A DNA stretch of 64,000 nt. Origin: Lama guanicoe. Taxonomy: Eukaryota. The DNA is taken from NCBI GenBank assembly GCA_013239625.1, contig MU054212.1, forward strand, positions 4,994,270-5,058,269, in the 5' to 3' direction. This document shows positions 25,390 to 38,684 of this stretch, in pieces. The translations under genes were made by a program, and so were the position numbers. How positions within the stretch are numbered: position 1 is the first letter of the stretch; the number at the start of each line of letters is the position of its first letter. The notes under the pieces were generated by a model, which had not been told where the DNA came from, did not search any database, and saw only the letters and a program-made list of their open reading frames with translations.

Positions 25390-26524
25390 CTTGGTGAATC
25401 AAAAGGTGTACAATATGATGTAAAATGCTTATGCTTGTGTTAATTAAAAGAATTGGAGGTCAGTATTCTAAATATATGTTAGAATTCATTCTGTTCCACT
25501 GAAAGGGTCCTGGGGCCATGGCCAACTCAGATTTTTTTTTTTTTTAATATGGCACCTCTCCTTTTATCTGTGATAGGTACTCACTATTTCATAAATCAAA
25601 TAGAAATTTAGGGAAACTACAGAACAATTAATAATTAATAGTATCCTAACTTCAAAACGGTACTTGTCTACATAAGAAATTTTCTAAGATATTTTCCAAG
25701 TATGTATCAATAAATTCCAGACACAAGAAAAAAAATCATCTAACTGAACAGAGTCTGTCAAGAATGATGGAGCTAAAAATATAGTTTAAATTATAGAGCT
25801 TTACTCCACTGATTGTGATTTAATAATTTTTGAAAGGTTTTCAAGAGCTGCACTTAATAAGTTTTGATTCAGGCTCAGTAAACATATGAAATCGGGGTGG
25901 GGGTGGAAATTAGTTGTTTTGGGTTTTCATTTTATCAGTGAAATATTATTTCAATTGAGACATAACTATTGACTTACTTTCTAAAATGTGTAATGTCCTC
26001 TATTGCTTCATATTCACAATTAGAAATAATAATTTTTAAAATTTGAGAGCAAGATAAATTTTTATTACATTCTACATAAAATGTATTGAAATCCATAGAG
26101 CCCTGTGACTTGCCCATGGCCCCAGAGCTAGAAAGCAAACAGAGCAACGGCCCACACCAAGGTAAGCTGAGGCCTAGACTGCTGTAGCCGCATTACATCA
26201 CACTGCCTTGTAGGGAAGCACGACCCTAGCTGAAAGCACCAAATTCAAGTTCAGAAGTTTTCAACATCAGATCAGTTACTCCTTTTAAAAAAGTTAAATT
26301 TGAAAGTCAAGTTCAGCAGCCTACTCAAAGGCTTAGTGTATCACAGAGTTAATATTGAAGGAATCTGATCTAATGTATGAATTTTACTCCCAGATATGGG
26401 TTGTCCCTTCTAAACTTTTTTGAGCTGTAAATATAATAAAATGGAATCAGAGGTGGATTAGATTTTTCAAAGTGACCATGATCTATACATTTTAATACAT
26501 ATTGAATATAATCTTTGCTTTAGA

Positions 26525-26710
26525 TACCAATTATCTCATTTAGTCAACACAATTCTCTTCCAAGTTATATTTTATTATCTCTTTTTTAATGAAAAAACCT
26601 AGGTTCAAGAATTTAAATTGTTGGTCCAAAGCAACATAATAATTGGCCAAGCTAGAATTTAAAATAAGAGATGTCTAACTCAAGAGACAGTGTTCTTTCC
26701 ACTTTGCAAC
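26525..26710 (-). mobile_element. MIR fragment
   Basis: 'tctcatttagtcaacacaa...taggttcaagaatttaaattgttggtccaaagc...tgttctttccact'. Confidence 0.55.
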
Positions 26711-27897
26711 ACTAAAAACAAACTGTAGAGATATCCATTTTCTAAAGCACAAAGAATTCCAAATGATTGCAGGCTATTATGATGTCTATATTTCTAGGGA
26801 AACTTAAGTTACCCTCCTTGCCCCTGGTGAATATATGATGGTTTCACAGTAATGAATGTACTTTCTTTATATTTTTTCCTGATTCATTTTTAAGAGCTTA
26901 ACAAAAATGATCATAAAGAATAAAGTAGGAAAATTATTTATAAAGAGTTATAGTAATATCAACAGACCTATACTTTCTAGTTTAAGATAATTGTGATTTA
27001 TGAAGTCTGGGGGCTTTCAGATGAGATATAATTCAGACAATGTCCAATGTAGTCTTTCATATTCTTCTATTCAGCTATTTCTTATTAATTAACATCTTTA
27101 ATATGAAAATAATTGTGAAAGAATATTCCTTTCAGTGTAAATGCCAGCTATTATATATGTCAGGATTTTTAAATCACTAATACATAATAAAAGGCAAGAA
27201 TGTTAATGTGAATTAAATTCATTCTTTCCTGTATTTGGACAAGCAAATAAATTTTCCCAATTAAAATTTTTAGAATATACTACAGGTGATTTTTTTCTTT
27301 TCTAATAAAGCCCTGATGATTGAAACTAAGAAGACTCTGATAATTGATTAACTTTTCCCACCTAAGGAAAACAAATTAGTAGGTTCAGTAAACTAATAAT
27401 AACTGCCTGTCCCAAATGGTTTCATTTAGCAATTTTAAATAATAAGCTTTAAGTCATGGATTTATTTTCTGTGAAGATGCAATGATTCATAAGGAAATAT
27501 GGGAGAATAAAAGAAGCAAAATGAAAACAGAGCTAAATGTAGGAAATTTTAATTCATTTCTCCAACAAATAATGTGTGTTCGGTATGTAATTAAATAAAG
27601 TATTCAGGATGCAGAGGTCAGGAAGATGAATCAGATCCTAGCACAGATAGCTCTTTGATGAGTATGTATCTCTGGGAAGATTGAAGATGCAGGAATAAAT
27701 GAAAGAAAACAGAATAAATGACTAAAGTGCAATGTATATGTTACAAATATGTATATAGTTTTATAGAATATGGTAGGAGGGATTCATGTTACTTTCAGAG
27801 CTCTAGTAATGTCTTCAGAAGTGGGAGTGGGGGCTCCTTCTATCTGGACCTTGAGACTTGTTTGACCCTTAGAGAAGTGAGTAGTTAATGGTATTCA

Positions 27898-28434
27898 TGC
27901 TACAGAGTCCAAACTCATTCTGCTCGCCTCACGACAGGCCAATAAATCAGGAGATGATGTGTTGGGCCAAGGAATAGCGACTTTATTCAGAAAGCCGGCA
28001 GACCAAGAAGATGACACAGTAATGTCCTGGAGAACCATCTTCCCCAAGTCAGAATTCAGGCTCCTTTTATACTAAAGACGGGAAGGGTGTATGCTTGGTT
28101 GTTGCAAACTTCTTCTTGTAGGAATTCTTTGTTCTTGGAATCTTTTGTTCTTGCAGTTGTCCACGTGGGTCAGGTCATGCTGTCCACATAAAACCCCCAC
28201 GAAAGAAACATTATTTTCTATTCTGCAACTTGTTATCTTTATATGAATGAAAAGGTGTTAACATCCTTAGAGGTCAGAGCTCTGAGAACGGGTTATCCTG
28301 TATATTTCAGGCTACAGGCAACACTCTTTTACAAAAGCTGCAGAACCAGCAAGTGTAAGCTAGGAAACAGAGCACAGAGTTAAAGCCAAAGGAGCAGATC
28401 TAATACGGAGTCAGATTTGTTCTTTTCTGTTACG
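27898..28434 (-). mobile_element. ERV1-type (MER41-like) solo LTR inserted in an antisense L2
   Basis: tgctacag...ctgttacg (terminal CA mutated to CG); perfect 4-bp TSD TTCA (27894-27897 / 28435-28438). Confidence 0.88.
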
Positions 28435-30798
28435 TTCAGATTGAAGAAAGAGCAGAAGTGAGACCCTCAGGAAGTGGATCTTAAGGTAGAGGGTGTGTGT
28501 GCACAGAATCACCTCCTAGGTAGCATTTTGGAAGTGTATAGGCATTGTTTTAACACAAAATGCATGGTGTAATTGAAACTTATTGACTGGGGGTATGGGT
28601 TGACGAATGTGCTGCACATAAAGAATTGTGGCATTTTCCATGTGATTAGTGAATGTCTTGCTGTACCTTCAGGTAAATGAATATTTGTGTTTATCTGAGA
28701 TTATATATTTAGCATTTCACGTGTGAATGCAATACTTCTTACATGGTTTTTAATTTTTTAGGTGTGCAACTAATATGTAAACCAAAGGGACATAATGATT
28801 TTTAAATTCCTAATTTTATCAAAAGTTGCTCAGTGTTTTAGAACACTGCATAACTGAGCACAATGTAGCACTAAACAGCTAATATAACATATTTGTACCA
28901 GTGTACATTTGTGACTCTTGTACTCACAGTGATTCTCCGTATACATGCATATAATTTCTTTTAATTTTCTTGTGCTTGAGTATTTGCATATGTGCAATTA
29001 TATATGTATTAAAATTAATTTTATTTTCTATTTATTTTCGATTATATTTATACCATTACATTGATTCTTACTACAATTATATTTAAGTTACACTTAAACT
29101 AATTTGAAGATAATAGAGTGTTTAAAAATGTTCGCTATAGAAAGGTTGATTACCATTGACTTAGAGCACTTACAAAGCTGAGTATAATCAGGTAGCTTTC
29201 AGTTGAGGATAAGATGACACAGTGTATTTTAGATAAGAATATATTTACAGTAATGGTTAAATATATATAAAATTCATGAAGGTGGAAATCAGGAAGCATC
29301 ACTGGAACCAAGACTATTGACTCCATATCTACTCTGAGCCTGTTAGGTTGAAATAAAAAAGGAAAGATGAGATTACATGTGTTTTTTACTTTTATACATG
29401 AAGGAAGGAAAAGGTACAACTCTTCTATCTTCCAGAATTAATGGCAATACATAGTTGGCGGAATCTAAATCAGATCTGGAAACTTAGAAACAAAGCCAGT
29501 GGGGAATTCAGTTTTTATTCAGGATGTCTCTGGGACTACCTACTGTTAAGACTCTATTCTTATAAAAGAAAGGGGGAATAAATATTATATAACCAATAGC
29601 TGTCTCCTAATTAGATTAAAATTTTTATGGGAAAAGTTAATTAAGTTTTTTTTGAAAGACTTTTCCTCCAAGCAATCTCCTTCTCTATTTGTCTCCATTG
29701 CTTAAATCACAGAAACCAAGGAATACTTATTATTTTGTCAAGGAAAAATGAAGCAGGAAAATATGCTTACAGCTTGCTACAGTACACAGAAGAGCAAGAA
29801 GCGATGGCCTTGACATGTGTTTTACATTCTGACCTTATATTCGAAGTAACAATGTTTTGACAGGACACATGCCCTGCTGGAGAAGAGATTACCACACTTC
29901 TTTCTGTAGGAGTGATGGGTTTGAATACTTAGAAGTAAAACAGATTCCTAAACATTCTTAACTAGATGTTAATAGTGAATTTGCATCTTTGATTCATTTG
30001 CATTTTTGGATTCATTTAATTTTAATATATTTATTTGATGCAAATTAAATCCACCTTTCTATTTTGCCTAGTGGTCTAACAGTATCCTTCCTGAGATCCA
30101 TTATAAGGCAAAAACAATGCTGCTCAGTGTTGCCAGCACAGTATCCTTGAGGCATTCCATTTCACTACATACAAGGGGAGGAATAATTAAAGATGGTGAA
30201 ACAGCAAGGAGTAACAGCCTAGAACAAAGTCAAGCTACCATAAGAATCCTAAATGAGACATGTCGAATAATGAGTTCACTGCAAAATACAAAATACAAAA
30301 AAGTTCTGTGAAATGATATCAGGTGACTTGACCTCTGTTATTATGAGAGATGGCAAATTAAAGCACCTTCATGTGTGATTTGGTTGTAGCCTATTGGCTG
30401 ATTCAGGTATTATCACAGTATGAATTCTTACAACATTCAAATGCCTAAAACCCAGATGTAAACTCCCAATAGCAACGTGAAACATTGGATAGTTACTACC
30501 TTAATGGTTAAAGGATTCTATTATTATAGTCTGTGGGTTACTTTACTCTGCTGAAACATAGGTTTTGTAACTACAAAATTCTTTCATACAGACAAATAGA
30601 AAAGGATGGATAAATTGGTAACTATATTTTAACCAGAGCTAATAGTCTATAATGCTGTTATTATATACCTTATAAATCAATATATCCTCTAATTTAGTGG
30701 ACAGAATATATTTATGTATTCATTATATTTTGAATAAACAAGATTTAGGTCATATAATTACAGAGGAAAAGTGTATTTTGTTAACCCTTTAAAATGTG

Positions 30799-31024
30799 CA
30801 GTTGACCCTTGAACAACACAAGTTTGAACTGTGAGAGTCCATTTATATGTGATTTTGTTTTCAGTAGTAAATACCCTAGTACTACATGACCTGAAGCCCA
30901 CCGTTGGTTGAATCTGCAGATATGGAGGAACAGTGGATACTGAGAGCAGGCTATACCCAGAGTTTCAACCACACAGCCACCCTAACACACAGTCCCTGGC
31001 ACCCCAATTGTTCAAGGGTCACTG
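30799..31024. mobile_element. Tigger2a/MER28-like MITE (TcMar-Tigger)
   Basis: TIRs cagttgacccttgaacaa / ttgttcaagggtca-ctg; TA on the right, TG on the left. Confidence 0.9.
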
Positions 31025-31479
31025 TATTTAGTGAGGATACTTTTCTTTGATCCTGGTTGAAATCCAAGATAGTCTCCTTGAGTTTTCTGGACAGTCTTAG
31101 GTATTAAAAAAATTCTGTAATTACTATAAGCCATAAAATATAGTGTCCTCTGAACTTTATCATATTTCTGAAAAGAAGTTTGATATAAAGTTTCCGGTTT
31201 ACTATTTTCTAATCTGTTTCACATGAACATACGAAACTATAAAGTTGTTAGGAAAAAAAGTGCAGCATTACCAATATGGATCTCTGCTGTCATTTGTATA
31301 GGTCTCCAAAGATATCTATAAATGTGTTCTAGTATTTTTCACTTAAAGATGAACCACTGAATGAAGATGTACTGGGTACCAATGCAGAAGACACTGGCTG
31401 AGGCTTTAAGGAAAAGAAATGAAATAGAAATAAATTCTTTGCCAAAGCAGTATAGATAAAAGAGATAACACAGTACACT

Positions 31480-31900
31480 AGAACATACTGTATGACTGCA
31501 ATATTTGACATTCTTGAAAAGTTAAAAATTATAGAGATTAAAAAAATGTCAGCAGTGGCCATGGGTTGTTGGAGGGATGGAAGAAGAGATAAATAGAAGT
31601 ACATGGGATATTTAGGGTGGTGGAAGCATTCTATATGATACTGTTATGATTAACACTGGACGTAATGCATTTGTCGAAAGACAGAATTTTACAGCACAAA
31701 GAGTGAACTAATGTAAACTGTATTTGAGTTACTAATATATCAATATTGCTTTATTAATTGTAATATGTTTTTCACATATGAAGTGTTAATAGCTGAAACA
31801 ATGTGTGCATGCAGAGTATATAGGAACTCTGTACAATCTACTCACTTTACTGTAACCCTAATACTGTTGTGTAAAATAAGATCTATTAAGTAAAAAAATA
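31480..31900 (+). mobile_element. L1MC-like 3' end
   Basis: 'ctatatgatactg...acagcacaaagagtgaac...aggaactctgtac...ctgtaaccctaatactg'. Confidence 0.8.
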
Positions 31901-32760
31901 GATCAGAAAAAATAATTAAGGACATTGAAAACCAAAAAAAAAAAAAAATTAGAGGGAACCAATAAAACCAAAAGTTGATTATTTGAAAACAGTCAATAAT
32001 AGTAAGCCTATCAGTAAGTCTAACCACTCTCTTAAATAAATTGAAGTTAAAGTTAAAAACCTTCTAACAAAGATAATAGCAGGTAACACATCTATGCTTA
32101 ACAAGTCTAACAAATATTTAGGAATAAAATAATACTAATTCCACAAATCTCTTCCAAAAAACAGGAGAGGTGGGGTTTCTTCCCAACACATTTAATGAGG
32201 CCGAAATTACCCTGATGCCAAAACCAAACAAAGACATTACTATAAAAGAAAACTACAGACTATCTTTCATGCATATAGACAACAAATGTCCTCAACAAAA
32301 TGTTAGCAAGCAATCCATTTGTATACTTATCACATCCAAGTTCTGATCATCTCAGCATAAGCAGAAAAAGCATGTTTCCACATCCACTCAAGATTTAAAA
32401 AAAAAAAAAAACACTGTCAGAAAACGAGAAACAGAAAAAAACTGCCTTTACCAGATGAAAAACGTCTAGAATTTGACAGCCAGCATCATAATTAATCATG
32501 AAATATGCAATGTTTTCACCCTGAAATATGGAACAAGGAGAGGATGATTTCTCTGACCACTGCTATTCAACATAGTCTTGGAAGTCCTCGACAATGAAAT
32601 ATGGTAAGCAAAGTAATTAACATACATGTGAAAATTAAAACATTTATTCACATATGAACTTAAATGCCTTTGTAGAAGTTCCAAAGAATCTACCAAAAAG
32701 TTTCCAGACTAGTGAGTATGTTTTGCTACATCTCAGGAGACCAGTTCAAAATAAATTTAT
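31901..32760 (+). mobile_element. Decayed L1 ORF2 fragments
   Basis: 'attaccctgatgccaaaacc...aaagaaaactacagac...ccactgctattcaacatagtcttggaagtcct'. Confidence 0.8.
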
Positions 32761-33519
32761 ACATGTATATACATATATAACTATATATACACATATACAT
32801 ATATGTATTTGTGTATATATGCTATTTTTCTCTATTAACATCTTTATAATTTGTGACATAATTTTAATAATTGTTTATAATTTGTGTTATTGAATTCCTA
32901 GACTATTCAAAAAGAAAATATATATAAATTATAAAACATGACATATATTTCAAAATAATCAAATGTATGTTTTTATTTCATGCACTTTTGAACTGCAAAT
33001 GATTTTGCAATTTTGTTAAATACTTCACTTTATATCTATTTAATTTATTTTCAATTTCAGACACTGATAACATTTCACACATGTAATTTATTTTAATGGC
33101 TGTCATCATCCAAAGTAATTCTGAGTCTTTAATTTTTATTGAAAAGTAATCTCAGACCTGAGGTAAAAGGACTTTCATTCTCTAAGGCACTGCAGGTCAC
33201 AGTGTGAACGGTTCCGCTGCTATGTTACATCAGCCCTTCCATCTTAAGGGCATGTGATCTGCACTGTGCTCAGAGTCCTGGAAGCCTATATGTAGCATGA
33301 GAAGCAAAATCAACGGGTAGAAGCAGTGACTCATTAGAGACTGTAGCCATTCTGCATATGAACTTCTCCCAAAATCTAAACAATTTTATTTCTTAGCCCT
33401 TCTTACTCTCCCGTACTCAACAATTTTATCTTCATTCAGATACAACGATTCTCCCTTCACTATGAGATCATTTGCTTTCAGGTAATGATGCTCAACTGAG
33501 GAATAATAAAGAAAGTGCT

Positions 33520-33725
33520 TAGGAGAAACTTTCTTAGAGTCATATTTGAGATCCAGTTTTGTCACTATTACTATTTGTGTAAACTGTAGCAAATTTCTTA
33601 ACGTCTCTGAATCTACGTCCTCATCTTTGATGCCAAACTCGTACTTCTGAGAGTTATACCAGATAATGTGGGTAAGGGGCTTAACCCTTGACCTAGCATA
33701 AATACTCAATTACATTATTGTATTT
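33520..33725 (+). mobile_element. MIR
   Basis: 'gcaaatttcttaacgtctctgaatctacgtcctcatct...agataatgtgggtaagg...aatactcaat'. Confidence 0.7.
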
Positions 33726-34229
33726 ATGTGTTTTTTTGTTTGTGTATTATCTGTTAAAGAGAATTACTCCTGAGGATCATCTGTGCTTTAAAATACACTT
33801 ATTTAATAATTATGAGAAAAAGGTTACTAAGTATTTCTGATTTTCTAAAGTGAGAGCTCACATCTATCATTTTTAATACTTCCTGAAGGGATAAGAGGGT
33901 AGAAGGTAGCTACACAACTGTGTACGTTTTTATTTTAATAGCTTTAGGCTATTGTGAGGAAAAAATTTGATTTTCCAAATCAAATGAATTACATCAAACC
34001 TGCCATCCTCTACTTTGCACATACTAAAGAGTAATCAAAGAAATACAGAAGAAAACTATGTAGAAACAAAGAGCAAACTGCTTAGTATTACACTTGTAAT
34101 AAGATCATGAATGAGAATTTTCCTTTTAATGTTAAGTTTTGGCTGAGACCATACCCCAGGGAAAAGTGCAATTAGTAAACACACTTTAAAAAAAAAAACA
34201 GATTTATTTTCTTGCTACAGAGTGAGAAC

Positions 34230-35640
34230 AAAAACTAATGCAACCCTTCCCCATCTCCCAGCTCTTGGAATTATAACAGTACTTTAAATATTATGTAAAG
34301 CATAGGGAAAGATTATTTAGATAAGATGTGTAAGTGGAAAATTACACTTCCTTCAGTAAGAGTAGGATGTTCTGGACCAACTCTTCAATGGGGAACAATT
34401 TGAAAACCCTATTAAAAATATTTCTGAAGGTATCAGAATACTACCAAGAGAGTGAGAATCTTAGAATTACAATCAAGGAGCCAACAGTAATTGGCTTGAC
34501 AGAGGGGAAAGCCTGGTATTTGATATTGTATTTTATTTTAAAACATTTTTTTTTAATTCCACAACTGTGAAACATATACAGAGAAGCTGAGTAAACGCAA
34601 CAAAATCACATGACTGGGAAAGGGAGAGAACAAAACAAAATGGAATAGCAGCAGAAACAACAAAATCCCTCAGCACCTAATGGGAAGGAGGTGCCTTGGT
34701 AAAACTCCAGGCTTTCACCTTGGAGCTGAAATACAGGTGACCCAGACATAGATGGCCTTAAGCCAGCTTCAAACCACCTCTGTTACACAGTAGGAAAAAA
34801 TGATCTGGTTTATTTGTGCTTTCTAGCAAAAGAAAAACTAACGTATTGAGTCTCAAATTATTGCTAAAATTTTTGAAATAAAAAGACTTAACCAGAAAAC
34901 AAAAATACAGAAAATAGAGAGTAGAAATACTCATAGGATATCCAGAAAATAGTTTTATCAGACTTCAGAAACAAGAAAACAATGCTTAATATGCCCCAGG
35001 AATTAAAGATAAAGTGGAGAAATTCATCAGGCCATTTAAAACTATTAAAAAAGAATCAAATGAAAATACTTTAACTAAAAATAGAATAACTGGAATTAAG
35101 AACTAAGTGAATGAGTTTAACAGCAGAATAGCTGAAGCAAAAATAAATGAATTGGAAGAGAGGCCATAATAAAAACTGTTAATGAGGGATATAATCAAAA
35201 GGTATTAATACATAAAAATTCAATCTCAGAAAGTGAGTAGAGAAAATGAAGTAGAAACTCAATTTCAAGAGATAATTTTCTGGATTTTCCAAAATTAAAA
35301 AATAACACCAAGTCATAGAAGTACTATAAACCCTAAGTTATATAAACAATGTGTAATTAAAATAACAAGAACTAGTGATATAATAAAACTCTGACAAGCA
35401 AATAGTATAATAAAATTTTAAAAGCGGCTAGAGATTAAAAGATGCATTACCTTCAAGGAACAACAGAAACCTAAAAAGTAACTTTAGAACTGAAACAATG
35501 GATGTCAGAAGACAAAATTTTAACATCCTTAATAGATTGAAAAAAAACTATCATCCTTGAATAGTAAAAAATTAATAAAATGACATATAACTATCCTGAC
35601 AATAACAGGATAATGATGTAATAAAAATCAACTAATTCAA
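34230..35640 (+). mobile_element. Old L1/HAL1 5' region and ORF1 remnant
   Basis: A-rich 'aaagaatcaaatgaaaat...gagtttaacagcagaatagctgaagc...aatgaattggaaga...aacaatggatgtcagaagac'. Confidence 0.6.
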
Positions 35641-35659
35641 AAGAAGACACATGGTGGGT

Positions 35660-35937
35660 TTTTTTGGTTATGTATTCAAGAATGGAATTGTTGACTCATA
35701 GGGTACTTCTATTTTTAGCTTTTAAAGAAACCTGCACACTTTTCCACAGTGGCTGCACCAATTTACATCCCTACCAACAGTGTACAAAGGTTCCCTTTGC
35801 TCCACACCCTCGCCAACATTTGTTATCTGTGTTTCTTTTCTTTTTGATGATAGCCATTCTGACAGGTGTTAGATGATATCTCATTATGATTTTGATTTGA
35901 ATTTCCCTGATAATTAGTTATATTGAACATCTTTTCT
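35660..35937 (-). mobile_element. L1 ORF2 C-terminal fragment (antisense)
   Basis: 'ttccacagtggctgcaccaatttacatccctaccaacagtgtac...tagccattctgacaggtgttagatgatatctcatt'. Confidence 0.9.
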
Positions 35938-35992
35938 GTGTCTCCCTATATATCCTATTTGTCCTGTTTCTCTGGAGAACAGAAACTAATAT
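35938..35992 (+). mobile_element. MLT2-like LTR 3' tip
   Basis: 'tcctatttgtcctgtttctctggagaac...actaata'. Confidence 0.5.
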
Positions 35993-38684
35993 GATGTTTA
36001 ATATTTTAAAACAAAGATTTTCAGCTTAATGTGTGAAAGTAATAAGAAATAAGAATTTATTAGATACAATCAAAATTTTCATTTATTTTCAACTTTTAAT
36101 TTTGATAACAAGTTTTGCTATTTAACATTCTGTGATCTCAGAGCGTTGCTTTCTTTTATGACCCATAATAGCAGGTTTTGTCATAATATTGTAATTGTTT
36201 CACTTCTCTTTAAACAGTCATCCATCTGACACCATCAAACACAATATGAACGCATCAGCATGGACAGAAATTCTGGTATTGTTAAACCTTCCCTTAAAAA
36301 ATATTCCAGTTGGGTGAGGAAATAAAAACATGTCTGATTTTTCAGTTAAATCAGACTGCCATCTATTTGGGACTAGAGCCCAATTAGAGCTTGATGAAAA
36401 ATTCTAAAATCACACTAGTGCCACTTATTCCAGGTGATTACAGTGTTTGGAACTTTTTCAATGTAAGTTCAGAGCCACCCAGGGAATTTTTGCCAAGAGT
36501 AAATCTTTTTAATAAAAGGCTTAGGGTTCCTAGATTCTTGTTAGGGTGTCTGAATCATTTGTTTTTGCTTCTAATTTTAGCTGTGGAACTTATCATTAAG
36601 CGAGTCAATCCATCCTTGTGCTTTGGATTGTGTTCAACCTCCCACCTATTCTTATGTTTTAAAAATGTCTCTGTGGCCCTTTGTTTTTCAATCAGAATTG
36701 GTGTAGCATATAACAAACACATATCAGTTTCTTATTGCTTTTCTTTGATGTGTAGTTAAAACACATCAAAGTGCTAATTTAGAATTTTAAAAATCAGAGA
36801 GCCACACTCTCAATCTGCAGTTTAACACTGGAAAATAAGTTCCAGTTCTTCCCCTACCATTGAATCAAATAAAAGGCCTTTGACTCCGTGTAAGCATGTC
36901 TTTGACACCTTTCACTGCACGATGATTGTCTATAATTAATTATTCAGGCCAGTTATTGTGCTATCATCGCCATGGGCTTCAATTAAGCCAGGTGCTTAAG
37001 AACATACAAATTTAATGTGTTATTTCAGTGAATGCAACACTAGACTGTAAAGATGACAAAGAACTCCTGAGCCCAAATTACCCAAGCTTTAGGGAATGTG
37101 TTTTATATTAACAGAGCAGCTCTTGTAGCAATGTTTTATTCTGAATAGTATAGTAAAAGGTAGCTGGCATCATCAACTAGTGAGTTATTATGAATTTGGA
37201 GAGTTTTGAAGCCTCAAGCTAGAGAGCAACCACAATTCCATTAAAATAAGGGATTGAATCAAAAATGTTCCCATCGCCGCTACATTGATACAACAAAATA
37301 AAACTGGGCTAATTCTTCCCATTAATTCCTTGATTATTGGCATTGTTGAGATAGACATATTTCTAGAAAACAGAAACATATACATCTCACATAATTCAGC
37401 CAATTAGATGATGCATGTTGTTTGAAAGTCTTTTCAACTTCAAATGAAATAATTGAGAATATAACATACATATGTAACATATATACCATATATGATATAT
37501 GTGTATATATATATTTTATACGAATATAAAATATGGCACACTGCAAACTATACATTTATAGTATAGAAAGAAACACAAACATAAAATACTATATATTCAA
37601 TAGTTTCTATATATTCTACTATATATATAATTCATATATATGCATGTATGTAGGATGCCATATTTGCATTCACAAATAACGATTTAGCTTAGGAGTATTC
37701 TAAATTAGCTTATGGCCTAATGTCTAGTGGTTAGCAGGGCAATTAACAGTCCTTCAATATAATTTAGAGCTTATGGTTAAAAATAGGAGACCAAGAACAG
37801 GAATACCTTGTGACTTGCAGAAACCATACTGAATTATACTAATTGGATACAAATAAAAATATAGAAACCCTCATACAAAGAAAATGGCAAAAGAGGTAAC
37901 AACAGCATTTGAAAACAGGGAGAAAGATGATAAATGTTGACTGAAATAGTAGTTCTGAGCCAGGGAAGGTCTAAGGCACCAAAGCCTCCAGAAATAGCTT
38001 TGAGGCCAAATTCTTGAATGACTCCAGAAATCAACAGCCATAGGAAATTTTGAAAGTGGAGGTGAATAGGTAGGGAAAGGAGGGAGATGCATACTCATTT
38101 CTTCAATCATCTCGTCTAAGTGGGTATCCTCCTTTCTTCTGAAAGAAGTAAAGGATTAATTTTGGAGAAAGTGGATCAGAGTGACTAACTGGATGTCACC
38201 AGGCATATCTGAAGATGCTGGGGTTGCTCTGCAAAATGTATCTTCCTTGTATGCTTCTTTGGAAAAGAAGGAGGATGTCTTTCCTCAAACAAAAGAGTAA
38301 CCGAAGAAGTAGAAAACCTAAGATGCAAGGAACAGAAAAGTCGTTGGAGAAGACAGGAAAAGGACTCATCAAGTTGTTGTGAAAGGGAGATGCTGGAGTG
38401 ACATTTGTTCATTAGGTCTGCATGGAGGGAAGCCAGTCACCTTTAGAACATGAAGAGGAGCACCTTAGGAGGGTGTCCTCAAGATGCAGATGTTTCAATA
38501 CTCTGAATGCATGATATTGAAACATTATGGGATCATAGGCATATGGATAACTAATCACAATAGAAAAAGTACATTGATCATGAATTTCATGGAAACAAAA
38601 AAAGCATAAGAAACGATATGTGAATTTATCATAATGCAAGGTTTAGCTATAACTTTTATTTTCAGTCATGATAGTGTAAATATT

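Noticed and set aside
33965..33985. 9-bp hairpin atttgattt-tcc-aaatcaaat
   Set aside because: Short and AT-rich, with no supporting context.
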